This document shows positions 55,956 to 64,000 of a stretch of 64,000 bases of DNA, piece by piece. The notes beneath the pieces were generated by a model that saw nothing but the letters and a program-made list of their open reading frames with translations, was not told the DNA's origin and searched no databases. The stretch is from a virus: the IMG/VR virus record IMGVR_UViG_3300047552_002060, positions 1-64,000 of that record. One strand, written 5' to 3'. A program made the translations under genes and the position numbers. Position 1 is the first letter of the stretch; each line of letters starts with the position of its first letter.

Positions 55956-56291
55956 TTATTTTGTAGGAGGTGGATCATCAAGATTATCTATCTTCGATTG
56001 CCCACTCTTAGGATCTTCCTTAGTAGTTGCACCAGTACGCCAGTTACGGCCAAAGTAGAGGAATGAGGAAGCATAAAAGAACTCTAGAGCGTTGTTTATG
56101 TCTACAACACCCAATTTCCCACTCCACTTGCCGACCAACCCAAGAATAACGGTTATCGATGAGATGAAGACCAGAGTGAGAGAGACAGAGCCCAGTCCAG
56201 TCTTTGGATCTTTTACCATCGGTAAAGACAGTCCATACACATTCATGCTCCTTGTCAGAGCAAGAAATTTATTCCATAGGTCATTAAACAT
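55956..56291 (-). CDS. two-TM membrane protein, holin-like
   Basis: Two hydrophobic segments, YFGR, charged C-terminus. Confidence 0.6.
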   Translation of the reverse strand: MFNDLWNKFLALTRSMNVYGLSLPMVKDPKTGLGSVSLTLVFISSITVILGLVGKWSGKLGVVDINNALEFFYASSFLYFGRNWRTGATTKEDPKSGQSKIDNLDDPPPTK

Positions 56292-56377
56292 TTGAGTAGT
56301 CGCCTTGCGAAATACTAAGTAAGTATAATCTTATCATCATAATAGGTCTAACATATTACCATTTTAAAGGATAAAAC

Positions 56378-56755
56378 ATGAAACTCGCTAAACTCACAGA
56401 TGCCCGATTTCACGCCGCCTTGCAGAAACTCAATGCTCAATCTTTACCTCTTCGTGTGGCTTTTAAGCTAAAGAGTATACAGTTAAGGATCGATGAGGAG
56501 TTAAAGAAGTTTGAAGAGTGCCGACAGAGCGCTCTCAATAAGTTCGGTAAGAAGGATGCGGAAGGCAAGCTCATACTACAAGAAGATAACTCGGTCGAAT
56601 TTGAACCTGGACAGCTTCAAGCATTTGCTCACGAGCTCAATGACTTAGGTCAGATAGATATCGATCTTCCCACAGTAAAGTTAGATGATTTAGGCGACAA
56701 ATTGGAGCTCTCGATCAATGAGCTTGTCCTTCTTGATGGCATCATTGTAGAGTAA
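56378..56755 (+). CDS. hypothetical phage protein (DUF1617-like)
   Basis: L....LP...AFKL......EE...FE..R.....FG.KD..G. Confidence 0.7.
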   Translation: MKLAKLTDARFHAALQKLNAQSLPLRVAFKLKSIQLRIDEELKKFEECRQSALNKFGKKDAEGKLILQEDNSVEFEPGQLQAFAHELNDLGQIDIDLPTVKLDDLGDKLELSINELVLLDGIIVE

Positions 56756-56768
56756 TATTCAGTTTAAT

Positions 56769-58166
56769 TTACTCGTAGACGAGCGTCCCATAGATGTTCG
56801 GGGTAGTCGGGAAGGTCTTTGGAGAGGCAGCTCTGAGAGCCGCCAAAGTTCCCACTACACCGTCAACACTGAGCTCGTTAGTGGCTCCGAGCACAGCAGT
56901 CGAGATAATGGCACAAGTCCCGCCACGGGATAACACCACACCGTTCGTATTTCCAGAGGGCGGGACATGTGTATATGGTGTCGAAATAGAGCCCCAGCAG
57001 TCGCCACGCAAAGCGCTTAGAACTGTGGTGCAGTTGACCCAAGAGCCACTAAGCGAAAGCCCAGCAGGCATATTGGCTGTACCAGACACAAACTGGACAT
57101 CTCCTGCCACGGCGAAATTTTCAAAATAAGACAGCGTCGCGGATATTCTGCCTCCGTTAACACGAAGAGCTACACCGTTCACGGTAGCATTCTTAAAATA
57201 GCACTGGGACACCTGAAGAGCTGCTGTGGTTGTGGTCGTACCAGTCGAGATAATAGCAGCTGTGGTTGTAAAAGCAGACGTGAATTTACAGCCTGTAAAT
57301 GACACACTTCCGTCAAGAGTAATAAACCCTACGTTCGTGCTGGTCCCGTTGAATGTACACCTAGAAAAAGCAGCCAAGGCGGACGGCGAGGTGGTATAGA
57401 CGCATCTCCCGCTCGACACGGACGCAGCCAGATTCTGTAGCCTGATTTGGGAGTTACCAAAACAGCTAATATGACCCAGAATAATAGCACTTGAAGTCGA
57501 TGCGCTCGCAGTCGACCCCGGAAACCCTTTGTTCCCAGTGATATTTGTAGCTGGCAAGTAGAACGAATAAGCCAGACCGGTACTCGGTGTAGAGGTGGTT
57601 GACAATACAGCCTGAGTGGCTGTATTAGAAATCACCACCGCATAAAATACGGTAGTAGAGACCATGAATTCGCATATTTGACCGGCTAAACCGTTGACAG
57701 GCCAGTTCTGAGTCGTATCATTCAAGACCCCTGACGTACTGGCAGTGGTCACTCCAGAAGCGGTGCCGCTTGCCAGTGTGGGAGCCACAGTGGCTCCTTG
57801 AATCAACAGTCCGGGACTAGCCGTAGCTGAGGTGGTAGCATAAGTAAACTTTAACCCGGCCAGATAGAACCCGTCATAGGTCCCAGCAGCCACAGAAATA
57901 GTAACTATAGCCCTGATTTCATAGTCTTGCAAGAAGTTAATAGCCGTCTGGATTTGAGCCCATGGCTTTGCTTGACTACCATCTCCAGTTGTATCGTTGC
58001 CCAATGCCACATCAATGTAATAAGTCGTGTCAGTCGTAATAACTTTAGCTGGAACCTTGACAGTGCCATCTGTGATACCATCGACAAGATCAGTGAGTTC
58101 GTTAGCTGAACTCTTATCCGTGAAAGCAGTTATGACGCGCTTCTTCGTCTTATTTGATAGTGCCAT
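56769..58166 (-). CDS. putative tail fibre/spike, beta-helix (pectin-lyase-like)
   Basis: YYIDVALGND..GDGSQAKPW..IQ.A, VAAGTY; Ser/Thr-rich. Confidence 0.7.
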   Translation of the reverse strand: MALSNKTKKRVITAFTDKSSANELTDLVDGITDGTVKVPAKVITTDTTYYIDVALGNDTTGDGSQAKPWAQIQTAINFLQDYEIRAIVTISVAAGTYDGFYLAGLKFTYATTSATASPGLLIQGATVAPTLASGTASGVTTASTSGVLNDTTQNWPVNGLAGQICEFMVSTTVFYAVVISNTATQAVLSTTSTPSTGLAYSFYLPATNITGNKGFPGSTASASTSSAIILGHISCFGNSQIRLQNLAASVSSGRCVYTTSPSALAAFSRCTFNGTSTNVGFITLDGSVSFTGCKFTSAFTTTAAIISTGTTTTTAALQVSQCYFKNATVNGVALRVNGGRISATLSYFENFAVAGDVQFVSGTANMPAGLSLSGSWVNCTTVLSALRGDCWGSISTPYTHVPPSGNTNGVVLSRGGTCAIISTAVLGATNELSVDGVVGTLAALRAASPKTFPTTPNIYGTLVYE

Positions 58167-58185
58167 TGGAGTTGTTCTCCAAATA

Positions 58186-58458
58186 TTATAGCATTAAGCC
58201 AGCAGTAACAAGAGCGGCGAGGAGAGCATCTACCTTAGCCTCAATCGCATCAAGACGCGCTTCAGTGCCGACAAGCGGAGCAGCGTTGCTGCCAGTACCA
58301 TCCACACCGACAAGGTTTGTTGTGGTCCCAAGAGCAGCAATATGTGCCGCGGGAATTGCGTTGAAACCTGTGTCAATCGCGTCCGCTAGTTCGGTTGCTT
58401 CTGCTCGGCGAGCCATTGCTACTTCGAGACGCTTACGTGTTTTAGTTGATAGAGCCAT
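58186..58458 (-). CDS. small virion protein (head-fibre-like)
   Basis: C-terminal KVDALLAALVTAGLM; N-terminus shared with 56769-58166. Confidence 0.65.
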   Translation of the reverse strand: MALSTKTRKRLEVAMARRAEATELADAIDTGFNAIPAAHIAALGTTTNLVGVDGTGSNAAPLVGTEARLDAIEAKVDALLAALVTAGLML

Positions 58459-58535
58459 ATGTATCTTTCCTTTAGATATATAGGTGCCACTGGAGTCCAG
58501 GGAACCATCTACAGCTATACTATCAGACTAAGTTG

Positions 58536-58997
58536 TTAAAATAAGTTCTTTAAGTCTTGTGGAGTTGTAGCTGGAGGATCGAGCTTCCACGCTCCTTGAA
58601 TATCAGCTTCTTGTAGAGCTAACGTGACAAACTCAGAGCATATCGTGGCTTTTGGATTGGCAAATGGATTCTTCCACTTTCTCTTGAACCAACGACCAAC
58701 TTGCGGAAATATCGCTCCAAAGAGACCACCATAGTCATAGGCCTCACCTAGATAACTCTCCATGATAGTTGATATATGAGTATCAGTTAGCCCTATAACA
58801 GGATAGATAAAGACAGTATTCTTCTTCTCATATCTAGACATCGGGAGCATAACAATACCTTGAGCTTCAGCTCCCAGATACCAAAGTTTTCCATATTGTT
58901 CGATTACAAGAAAGGCATGACTGACTTCTGCATTAGTAATCCAACGCAGAAGTCGAGAAAGTAGGGTCTCTGTACGACTAAAGCCAACATAATTCAT
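58536..58997 (-). CDS. permuted papain-like NlpC/P60 (YiiX/YebB-like) enzyme
   Basis: VSHAF (His), G..YDY, ICSEFV (Cys), TTPQDL. Confidence 0.8.
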   Translation of the reverse strand: MNYVGFSRTETLLSRLLRWITNAEVSHAFLVIEQYGKLWYLGAEAQGIVMLPMSRYEKKNTVFIYPVIGLTDTHISTIMESYLGEAYDYGGLFGAIFPQVGRWFKRKWKNPFANPKATICSEFVTLALQEADIQGAWKLDPPATTPQDLKNLF

Positions 58998-59858
58998 TTA
59001 TTCGTCCTCTGATAGACAATAAAAAGCTGCCGTGGCTGCCGTTCCGATAAAAGCACTATCGTGCTCTAATTTAATTCGTATTTCCATTCCTGCTGAGGAT
59101 TTTAATTCAGTGACAGCTTGATAATTCCAAGGAAAAGTGACTGTGCTTACAGCCATGCCACGCCATGAAGTACCTCCCATTGCCGAAATTTCAGGATAAG
59201 CGCCGTTAGCTTCATTGATATAATCCATGAGAGTTTTATAAATGACTGGGTTGCCGAGTGGAATTAAAGTACCAGAAGGTACACCAGGCATAAGTTGAGG
59301 CGCAAAAACATCCACAAAGCCATAAAGCTGGAATTTAATACTATCAGTAATCACAATGTCTTTAGTAAATTGGACCTCAGCCGACTTAATTTTCAATTTT
59401 TTACCTAGTTCGGGCTTTATGACGTATTCGCTACCATTTTGGCAATAATACGTCACTTCTACTACATCTTCAGGCTGAAGCCCTAAAAAAAAGTTAATAA
59501 TACCAGAAACATAATCAACAGTGTAATCGCCACCAGTTCCATAGTGTGGATCTTGTTCTATTTTTTCTATATTGTTAACTTTCACTATAACTCGAAAATG
59601 ATTTCCGTCAATGTCTGTAAGAAAATCTTCTTGAGAAATTTTGCCGTGATAAGTATCAATAATACAATTGTTGTTAATAGCATACTGTGTATATGATGGG
59701 GAATTAATGCAAACAGCTACTTCATCTACTATTCGTATGGCTAATTGATACCAAGTTGTTTTATCACACCAATTGCCCGTAATAAAAGTCTTTCGAGTAC
59801 CTTCGGTTGGCCAAAGACTAAAAATCTGCTTTCCATCCGATGTTTTTGGAACACCCAT
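58998..59858 (-). CDS. putative virion protein
   Basis: DYTVDY.SG.I.F...VEVTY beta-sandwich motif. Confidence 0.7.
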   Translation of the reverse strand: MGVPKTSDGKQIFSLWPTEGTRKTFITGNWCDKTTWYQLAIRIVDEVAVCINSPSYTQYAINNNCIIDTYHGKISQEDFLTDIDGNHFRVIVKVNNIEKIEQDPHYGTGGDYTVDYVSGIINFFLGLQPEDVVEVTYYCQNGSEYVIKPELGKKLKIKSAEVQFTKDIVITDSIKFQLYGFVDVFAPQLMPGVPSGTLIPLGNPVIYKTLMDYINEANGAYPEISAMGGTSWRGMAVSTVTFPWNYQAVTELKSSAGMEIRIKLEHDSAFIGTAATAAFYCLSEDE

Positions 59859-59862
59859 GTCA

Positions 59863-60537
59863 TTACACCTTTGTAAAAATAAAAATTACATCAAAACTAC
59901 CCGCAGTAGAGTTGGTTGTAAATTTCAAATGTAGGCCTTCTCCGGAGCGGGCAAAAAAGGGTTTAACCAAACCATCACGTTTTGCTCTAGCAGGAAGATA
60001 GTTAGCAATCGATTGTTGATTTGCTTCAACGTCCAGTGTTCCGGGTCCCCATTCATCCGTTGATATAATCATTTTGTCTAGCGGTGTCACAATTTCTCCG
60101 GTGATTGTCGCACCCGTTTTGGCTACCATTCCTGTAGGAATAGCGTCCACAGAATCATGAGCAATTGGGGTAAGTGTTGTTCCTACTGCAGGAGCCGACG
60201 CTGAAGCAAATCTATGAAGTTGAAAGATACCTGCCACGCCAGTAACAGCAGCAGTTTGGCTATTTCGAATATAAAACTCTCTTAATTTAAGAATATATCC
60301 ACTTCCGGTTGGGTTGTAAATTGACAGTAGAGATTTATTATTTCCGACTACTGTTATAGGCGAGATAACTGTATATGTTGCCTCTTCCGCGCCCGTTGTT
60401 GTTACAGGAATTGCGACCTGATCTGCAGGCAGGACAACAGGTATAGAGGAAGATGTTGGCTGAGAACCAATAAGTAAGTTTCCATTCTCGTCATAAAGAA
60501 TTACTGCTTTAACTGGAGTACCAATTCGAAAAGACAT
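59863..60537 (-). CDS. putative virion protein
   Basis: SIPVVLPADQ motif; structural cassette. Confidence 0.7.
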   Translation of the reverse strand: MSFRIGTPVKAVILYDENGNLLIGSQPTSSSIPVVLPADQVAIPVTTTGAEEATYTVISPITVVGNNKSLLSIYNPTGSGYILKLREFYIRNSQTAAVTGVAGIFQLHRFASASAPAVGTTLTPIAHDSVDAIPTGMVAKTGATITGEIVTPLDKMIISTDEWGPGTLDVEANQQSIANYLPARAKRDGLVKPFFARSGEGLHLKFTTNSTAGSFDVIFIFTKV

Positions 60538-60538
60538 C

Positions 60539-61951
60539 TTATGTCACCTCCAGCCAATTTAAACTACCATAAAAATCTTCTGAAACACCTGAAAAACACT
60601 GAACAGCTAAAATCAATTCATCGCGAACACCATCAACATCAGCTGCCACGCCCAAAAAAGTCGTTAAAGGTGTTTGTATAGAGTCTATCCGGGCCGATGT
60701 ATATCCTGATGCTATAAGATGCCCACCTGAAACAGTACCAGTTCGACTTATATCATATTCAGCAATGCTATCATTAACGGCGGTCCAAGATGCTGCAGTT
60801 CCACCAGTTATAGTTGGGTTGAGTACTAATTCCCATCGAAAATTGGCACTTGTAGAAGCAAGAGCACTTAGAAAAGTGGGAAATAGGGTTGCTCGAGTGG
60901 AGACCGACTTAAGGCGTAATGAAATTAACGGCCGTTTAGTATTATTAGTAGCAAGAAGAGTTACACCTCTGTCCGCTGCTCGCGTTACACCGGTTGGTTG
61001 ATAACCTCCTTCTGAAGCAATTGAACAACAAATTGCCAACATATCTGTAGCTAAACCAGAAGCAGTACCAACTAATTCCCAGCGAACTGGCAACGCTGGC
61101 GTTCTCATATATGGTTCTGTTACAATATTAGCATGATCGAAAGCATGAACATAAGTCAATCTACCATTCAACACGAAGCCTACAAGAACAATACCAACCC
61201 CCAACCATTGAAAGTCAATGACAAGAATGTTTGCTTTTGCAACATCTAAGGCAGATAAAGTATTTAGACTCCAACTACTGCGCACTACAGTAGTTGTGAC
61301 TACGAAGCCGCTAGTATTAGATCTTTTAATTAAATTAAAATTTGTGCCATCGTGTTCTAAAAAAATGCCGTTATTATCATCATAAAATCCAACTCTTTTT
61401 TTTCGATTTGCAGAAGCTCCATTAAAATTATAAGTTATAAAAACACGTTGCCCCTTGCCAGGTTGGTAAGGAAGGTAACGTTTCGTTTGACGAATTGCTT
61501 GATCAGATGCTCCGGTAGAAACCGCCAACGTCATGCAAGATTTGTTAGAATTAAAGGTAACAGTGCCGCCGCTAACTACTTTATTAGAAAATAATAAAGC
61601 CTGATCATCATAAAGTGTCTTACCATCAAAAATTGTATATGGTTCACTGACGCGCAAACGACCAAAAGCATCAGAAGCACTGCTTTCAATCGCAGAAATA
61701 GCTATATTAACTGGATTCAAAGTAGTTACAGGTGCACTTGCAACTCGAAGATCAACTGGTTGTGAGGTAGTACCGGTTGGATCAATACGAACAGGATGGG
61801 TGCCTGTTCCAAGAACGTTTGTACCATCAGTAATCTGACTCAATACAGAGCCATCGCTATTAATAACAAGTGGATTCGTTTCTGCGCCACCTGTGTCAGA
61901 ACCCACTATCTTTGTGATTCCTGCTGCCTGTATATCAGTCAAATCAGCCAT
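60539..61951 (-). CDS. putative virion protein with lectin-like domain
   Basis: DAFGRLRVSEP, YQPGK, IDFQWLGVG, SEGG motifs seen in large-phage structural proteins. Confidence 0.75.
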   Translation of the reverse strand: MADLTDIQAAGITKIVGSDTGGAETNPLVINSDGSVLSQITDGTNVLGTGTHPVRIDPTGTTSQPVDLRVASAPVTTLNPVNIAISAIESSASDAFGRLRVSEPYTIFDGKTLYDDQALLFSNKVVSGGTVTFNSNKSCMTLAVSTGASDQAIRQTKRYLPYQPGKGQRVFITYNFNGASANRKKRVGFYDDNNGIFLEHDGTNFNLIKRSNTSGFVVTTTVVRSSWSLNTLSALDVAKANILVIDFQWLGVGIVLVGFVLNGRLTYVHAFDHANIVTEPYMRTPALPVRWELVGTASGLATDMLAICCSIASEGGYQPTGVTRAADRGVTLLATNNTKRPLISLRLKSVSTRATLFPTFLSALASTSANFRWELVLNPTITGGTAASWTAVNDSIAEYDISRTGTVSGGHLIASGYTSARIDSIQTPLTTFLGVAADVDGVRDELILAVQCFSGVSEDFYGSLNWLEVT

Positions 61952-61971
61952 TTTTATATATTACCATAAAT

Positions 61972-62009
61972 AAACGAGGAGTACACGTGTGAAAGTGTAC
62001 TCCTCGTTT
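61972..62009 (-). terminator. 15-bp hairpin terminator
   Basis: AAACGAGGAGTACAC-gtgtgaaa-GTGTACTCCTCGTTT just after the stop at 62020. Confidence 0.8.
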
Positions 62010-62019
62010 TTATTCATCA

Positions 62020-63039
62020 TTAATTTTCGACGCCTTCAATGGTGCTATAAAGATCTTGAGCCTGATTGTCTTTATTGGTTCGAATAACTAAAATTGACTC
62101 TGTGTCCGCTATTGCTTGAGGAGCAGCGAAGGTATATGCAACATTGGGATTAGCAGTGGAATTAAAGAGAACCGCTTTAGTAACTTCAGAACCGGTAGGT
62201 CCTATCTTAATCTCAATCTTCATCTTGCCAGAAGCTGACGCTACAACTTGCTGAAGCGTCAAGGTGGTGCCCGTAGTTGGAGTATAAGTGTGAGTACTTG
62301 ATGCGTTCGCGGCAACCGCGGTTGCTTGATTGAAAGCGAGCACTTCAGAACCCGGAGTCGCATTTACAACTGATACAGGAAGAGGGTTACCAGCTGAGAA
62401 CGCGGTGCCAGTTGCATCGAATAGATCAACCTTTACTTTACCCGAGGTGTCAACGCTGATTGCCTGAAGGTTCGTACCATCAGTACCACCAACCTGCATC
62501 GTGCCAAATGGAACTGCTGAGCCATCGACGCCGTTGGCAGACGTCTGAACATCCAAGCTCTGTTTTGAGTTAACGAGAGTAGAAGTAAGCGACGTACCAG
62601 CGCCGTCGCGCATATTGGCATCGACATCACCAATATTATTATTGCCAGCGGGAAGTGCAGAAGTAACGACAACTGATGCTTCACCAGTTGCGCTAATTGC
62701 TAGAGTATCTGTTCCATCAGTAACCTTAGTAAACCAACCGTTGGCCGCCGTGCCAGGAGCACCTTGCTCAGCAGTAACTACATCGGCGTTCGTTAGGGCG
62801 CGAATTGAACGAGGATCGATCTGTGCGCCAGCAACGTTAATACCAACATCAAGAGCTTGCTGACCACCGTTTGCCTGCGATGTAAGCGCATTGCCAGCGC
62901 CATCGGCATTTTTTACTGTAACTCGCCCTGAAGCGTCAACCGCAAGCGCTTGAGCAGGCGTAGTTCCATCTACGACTTTGACCGCAGCGTCGCCGTTATT
63001 CTCTGTTCTAATTGGAAGCGATGAATTGTAATCCGACAT
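62020..63039 (-). CDS. putative virion protein
   Basis: Repeated VTDGTDTLAI / AVDxSG motifs; AGAGGAG SD. Confidence 0.75.
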   Translation of the reverse strand: MSDYNSSLPIRTENNGDAAVKVVDGTTPAQALAVDASGRVTVKNADGAGNALTSQANGGQQALDVGINVAGAQIDPRSIRALTNADVVTAEQGAPGTAANGWFTKVTDGTDTLAISATGEASVVVTSALPAGNNNIGDVDANMRDGAGTSLTSTLVNSKQSLDVQTSANGVDGSAVPFGTMQVGGTDGTNLQAISVDTSGKVKVDLFDATGTAFSAGNPLPVSVVNATPGSEVLAFNQATAVAANASSTHTYTPTTGTTLTLQQVVASASGKMKIEIKIGPTGSEVTKAVLFNSTANPNVAYTFAAPQAIADTESILVIRTNKDNQAQDLYSTIEGVEN

Positions 63040-63062
63040 GTTATAACTCCTCTAAATATAAT

Positions 63063-63251
63063 TTAGACTGATTTTTCAGCCTCAGTAATTTTGCCTTGTA
63101 ACTCTGCTTCTTTATCTAATTGAATTTTTATATTATCTTTAATACGTTGGATTTCATCTAACCGCTCTTCAATCCGAAACTCTAGATCTGCACGCGCTGC
63201 AGCAACCTTAACCAACTCTAATTTAATTCTCTTCAATTCTAATCCAGTCAT
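63063..63251 (-). CDS. small coiled-coil protein
   Basis: AGGAG SD; heptad pattern. Confidence 0.65.
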   Translation of the reverse strand: MTGLELKRIKLELVKVAAARADLEFRIEERLDEIQRIKDNIKIQLDKEAELQGKITEAEKSV

Positions 63252-63282
63252 AATTATCTCCTATATTACAATACTAAATCAC

Positions 63283-64000
63283 TTAAACTGACATAAGTGT
63301 TGCTTCAAATGAACCTAAAAATGGCCTCGCATGTAAGACAGTTACGGTTATAATCTGGCCTGCACCGAGCTGCAATCCATTTATAAAATCTTGAAAATCA
63401 AAAGTTTGATTGAATGATGTCCACCAAGATCGTTTGTTAAATATGGTAGTTCCGTCTACTTTTACGCGAAAATGGGCTACAGTGTCTCCGGATACTTCTA
63501 TCTTAGATACACGCATACCATTCAGTGGAGAGATAACAGTCATCACGGTGGTTTCTACGCCAGAAGCAACACTAGTTATCTCATTATGAGTTATTGATAG
63601 GCCTGGAGTACTAGTAGCTCCGCTGATGCTGACGTTGAGTGAACCATCAGGATTGATGGCTAATGTATCTGTTCCATCGGTGATCTTGACTGGCCAACTA
63701 TTGGCGACAGTATTAGGTATACCCTGATCTACCTCTCCAACAGAAATAGAACCTGAAAAAGTAGCACTAGTTGGAAGGGGGTTATCATCGTCATACTTAG
63801 CACCAAATTGGTCTACAAGTATGACTCGCTTAGCTACAGTGGGCTCTTCTTCATATACGGCGCGCTCAAAGTCGTCCCCAGTGATAGTGGGACGTTTCTG
63901 TTCATTGGCAAATATTGCTGCAGAAGCCGCAGTGGTATAAGCTGAAAGATTTGTAAAGGTGTTGATGCTGCCAGAGATAGGCCCAACAATCATTACAGTT
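63283..64000 (-). CDS. putative virion protein, probably 5'-truncated by the window edge
   Basis: EQG.P....WPVKITDGTDTLAINPDGS-type motif shared with 62020 and 60539. Confidence 0.7.
   Translation of the reverse strand, partial: TVMIVGPISGSINTFTNLSAYTTAASAAIFANEQKRPTITGDDFERAVYEEEPTVAKRVILVDQFGAKYDDDNPLPTSATFSGSISVGEVDQGIPNTVANSWPVKITDGTDTLAINPDGSLNVSISGATSTPGLSITHNEITSVASGVETTVMTVISPLNGMRVSKIEVSGDTVAHFRVKVDGTTIFNKRSWWTSFNQTFDFQDFINGLQLGAGQIITVTVLHARPFLGSFEATLMSV

Noticed and set aside
1-64000. CRISPR array, DGR or retron
   Set aside because: No regularly spaced repeats, reverse transcriptase or cas genes seen by eye

Overview
This window reads as part of a large, jumbo-type dsDNA bacteriophage genome in the standard genetic code. 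The phage assignment is inferred from the densely packed short + strand ORFs, the phage-type nucleotide, repair and tRNA genes, and the - strand virion-like cassettes at about 29.8-33.8 kb and 55.5-64 kb. Recognisable enzymes are a class II ribonucleotide reductase, ThyX plus a degenerate ThyX paralog, a thymidylate-synthase-fold enzyme with a dCMP-type signature, two deaminases, an NT5C-type nucleotidase, a UDG-like protein, a DenV-like glycosylase, RNase H, an ATP-dependent DNA ligase, an RNA ligase, a kinase, a phosphoesterase, Pth2 and two ClpP proteases. Other recognisable genes are a MoxR plus vWA-metallopeptidase pair, a region-2-only sigma-like protein, a SutA-like protein and four free-standing endonucleases. 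There are four callable tRNAs (Ala, Thr with a long variable arm, Asn, Lys). The most unusual signals are (1) six dispersed tRNA-like RNAs that keep the acceptor stem and T-arm but have non-decoding anticodon domains, (2) about 15 dispersed microproteins sharing an FFxxLxxLKL(I)S-type motif, (3) a small ORF made of two permuted RNR active-site motifs, and (4) a repeated TTTTCCGAAA upstream element. All calls were made by eye from motifs and hand-folding. No database searches were run. Several single-base frameshifts in short homopolymers suggest some indel error in the sequence.
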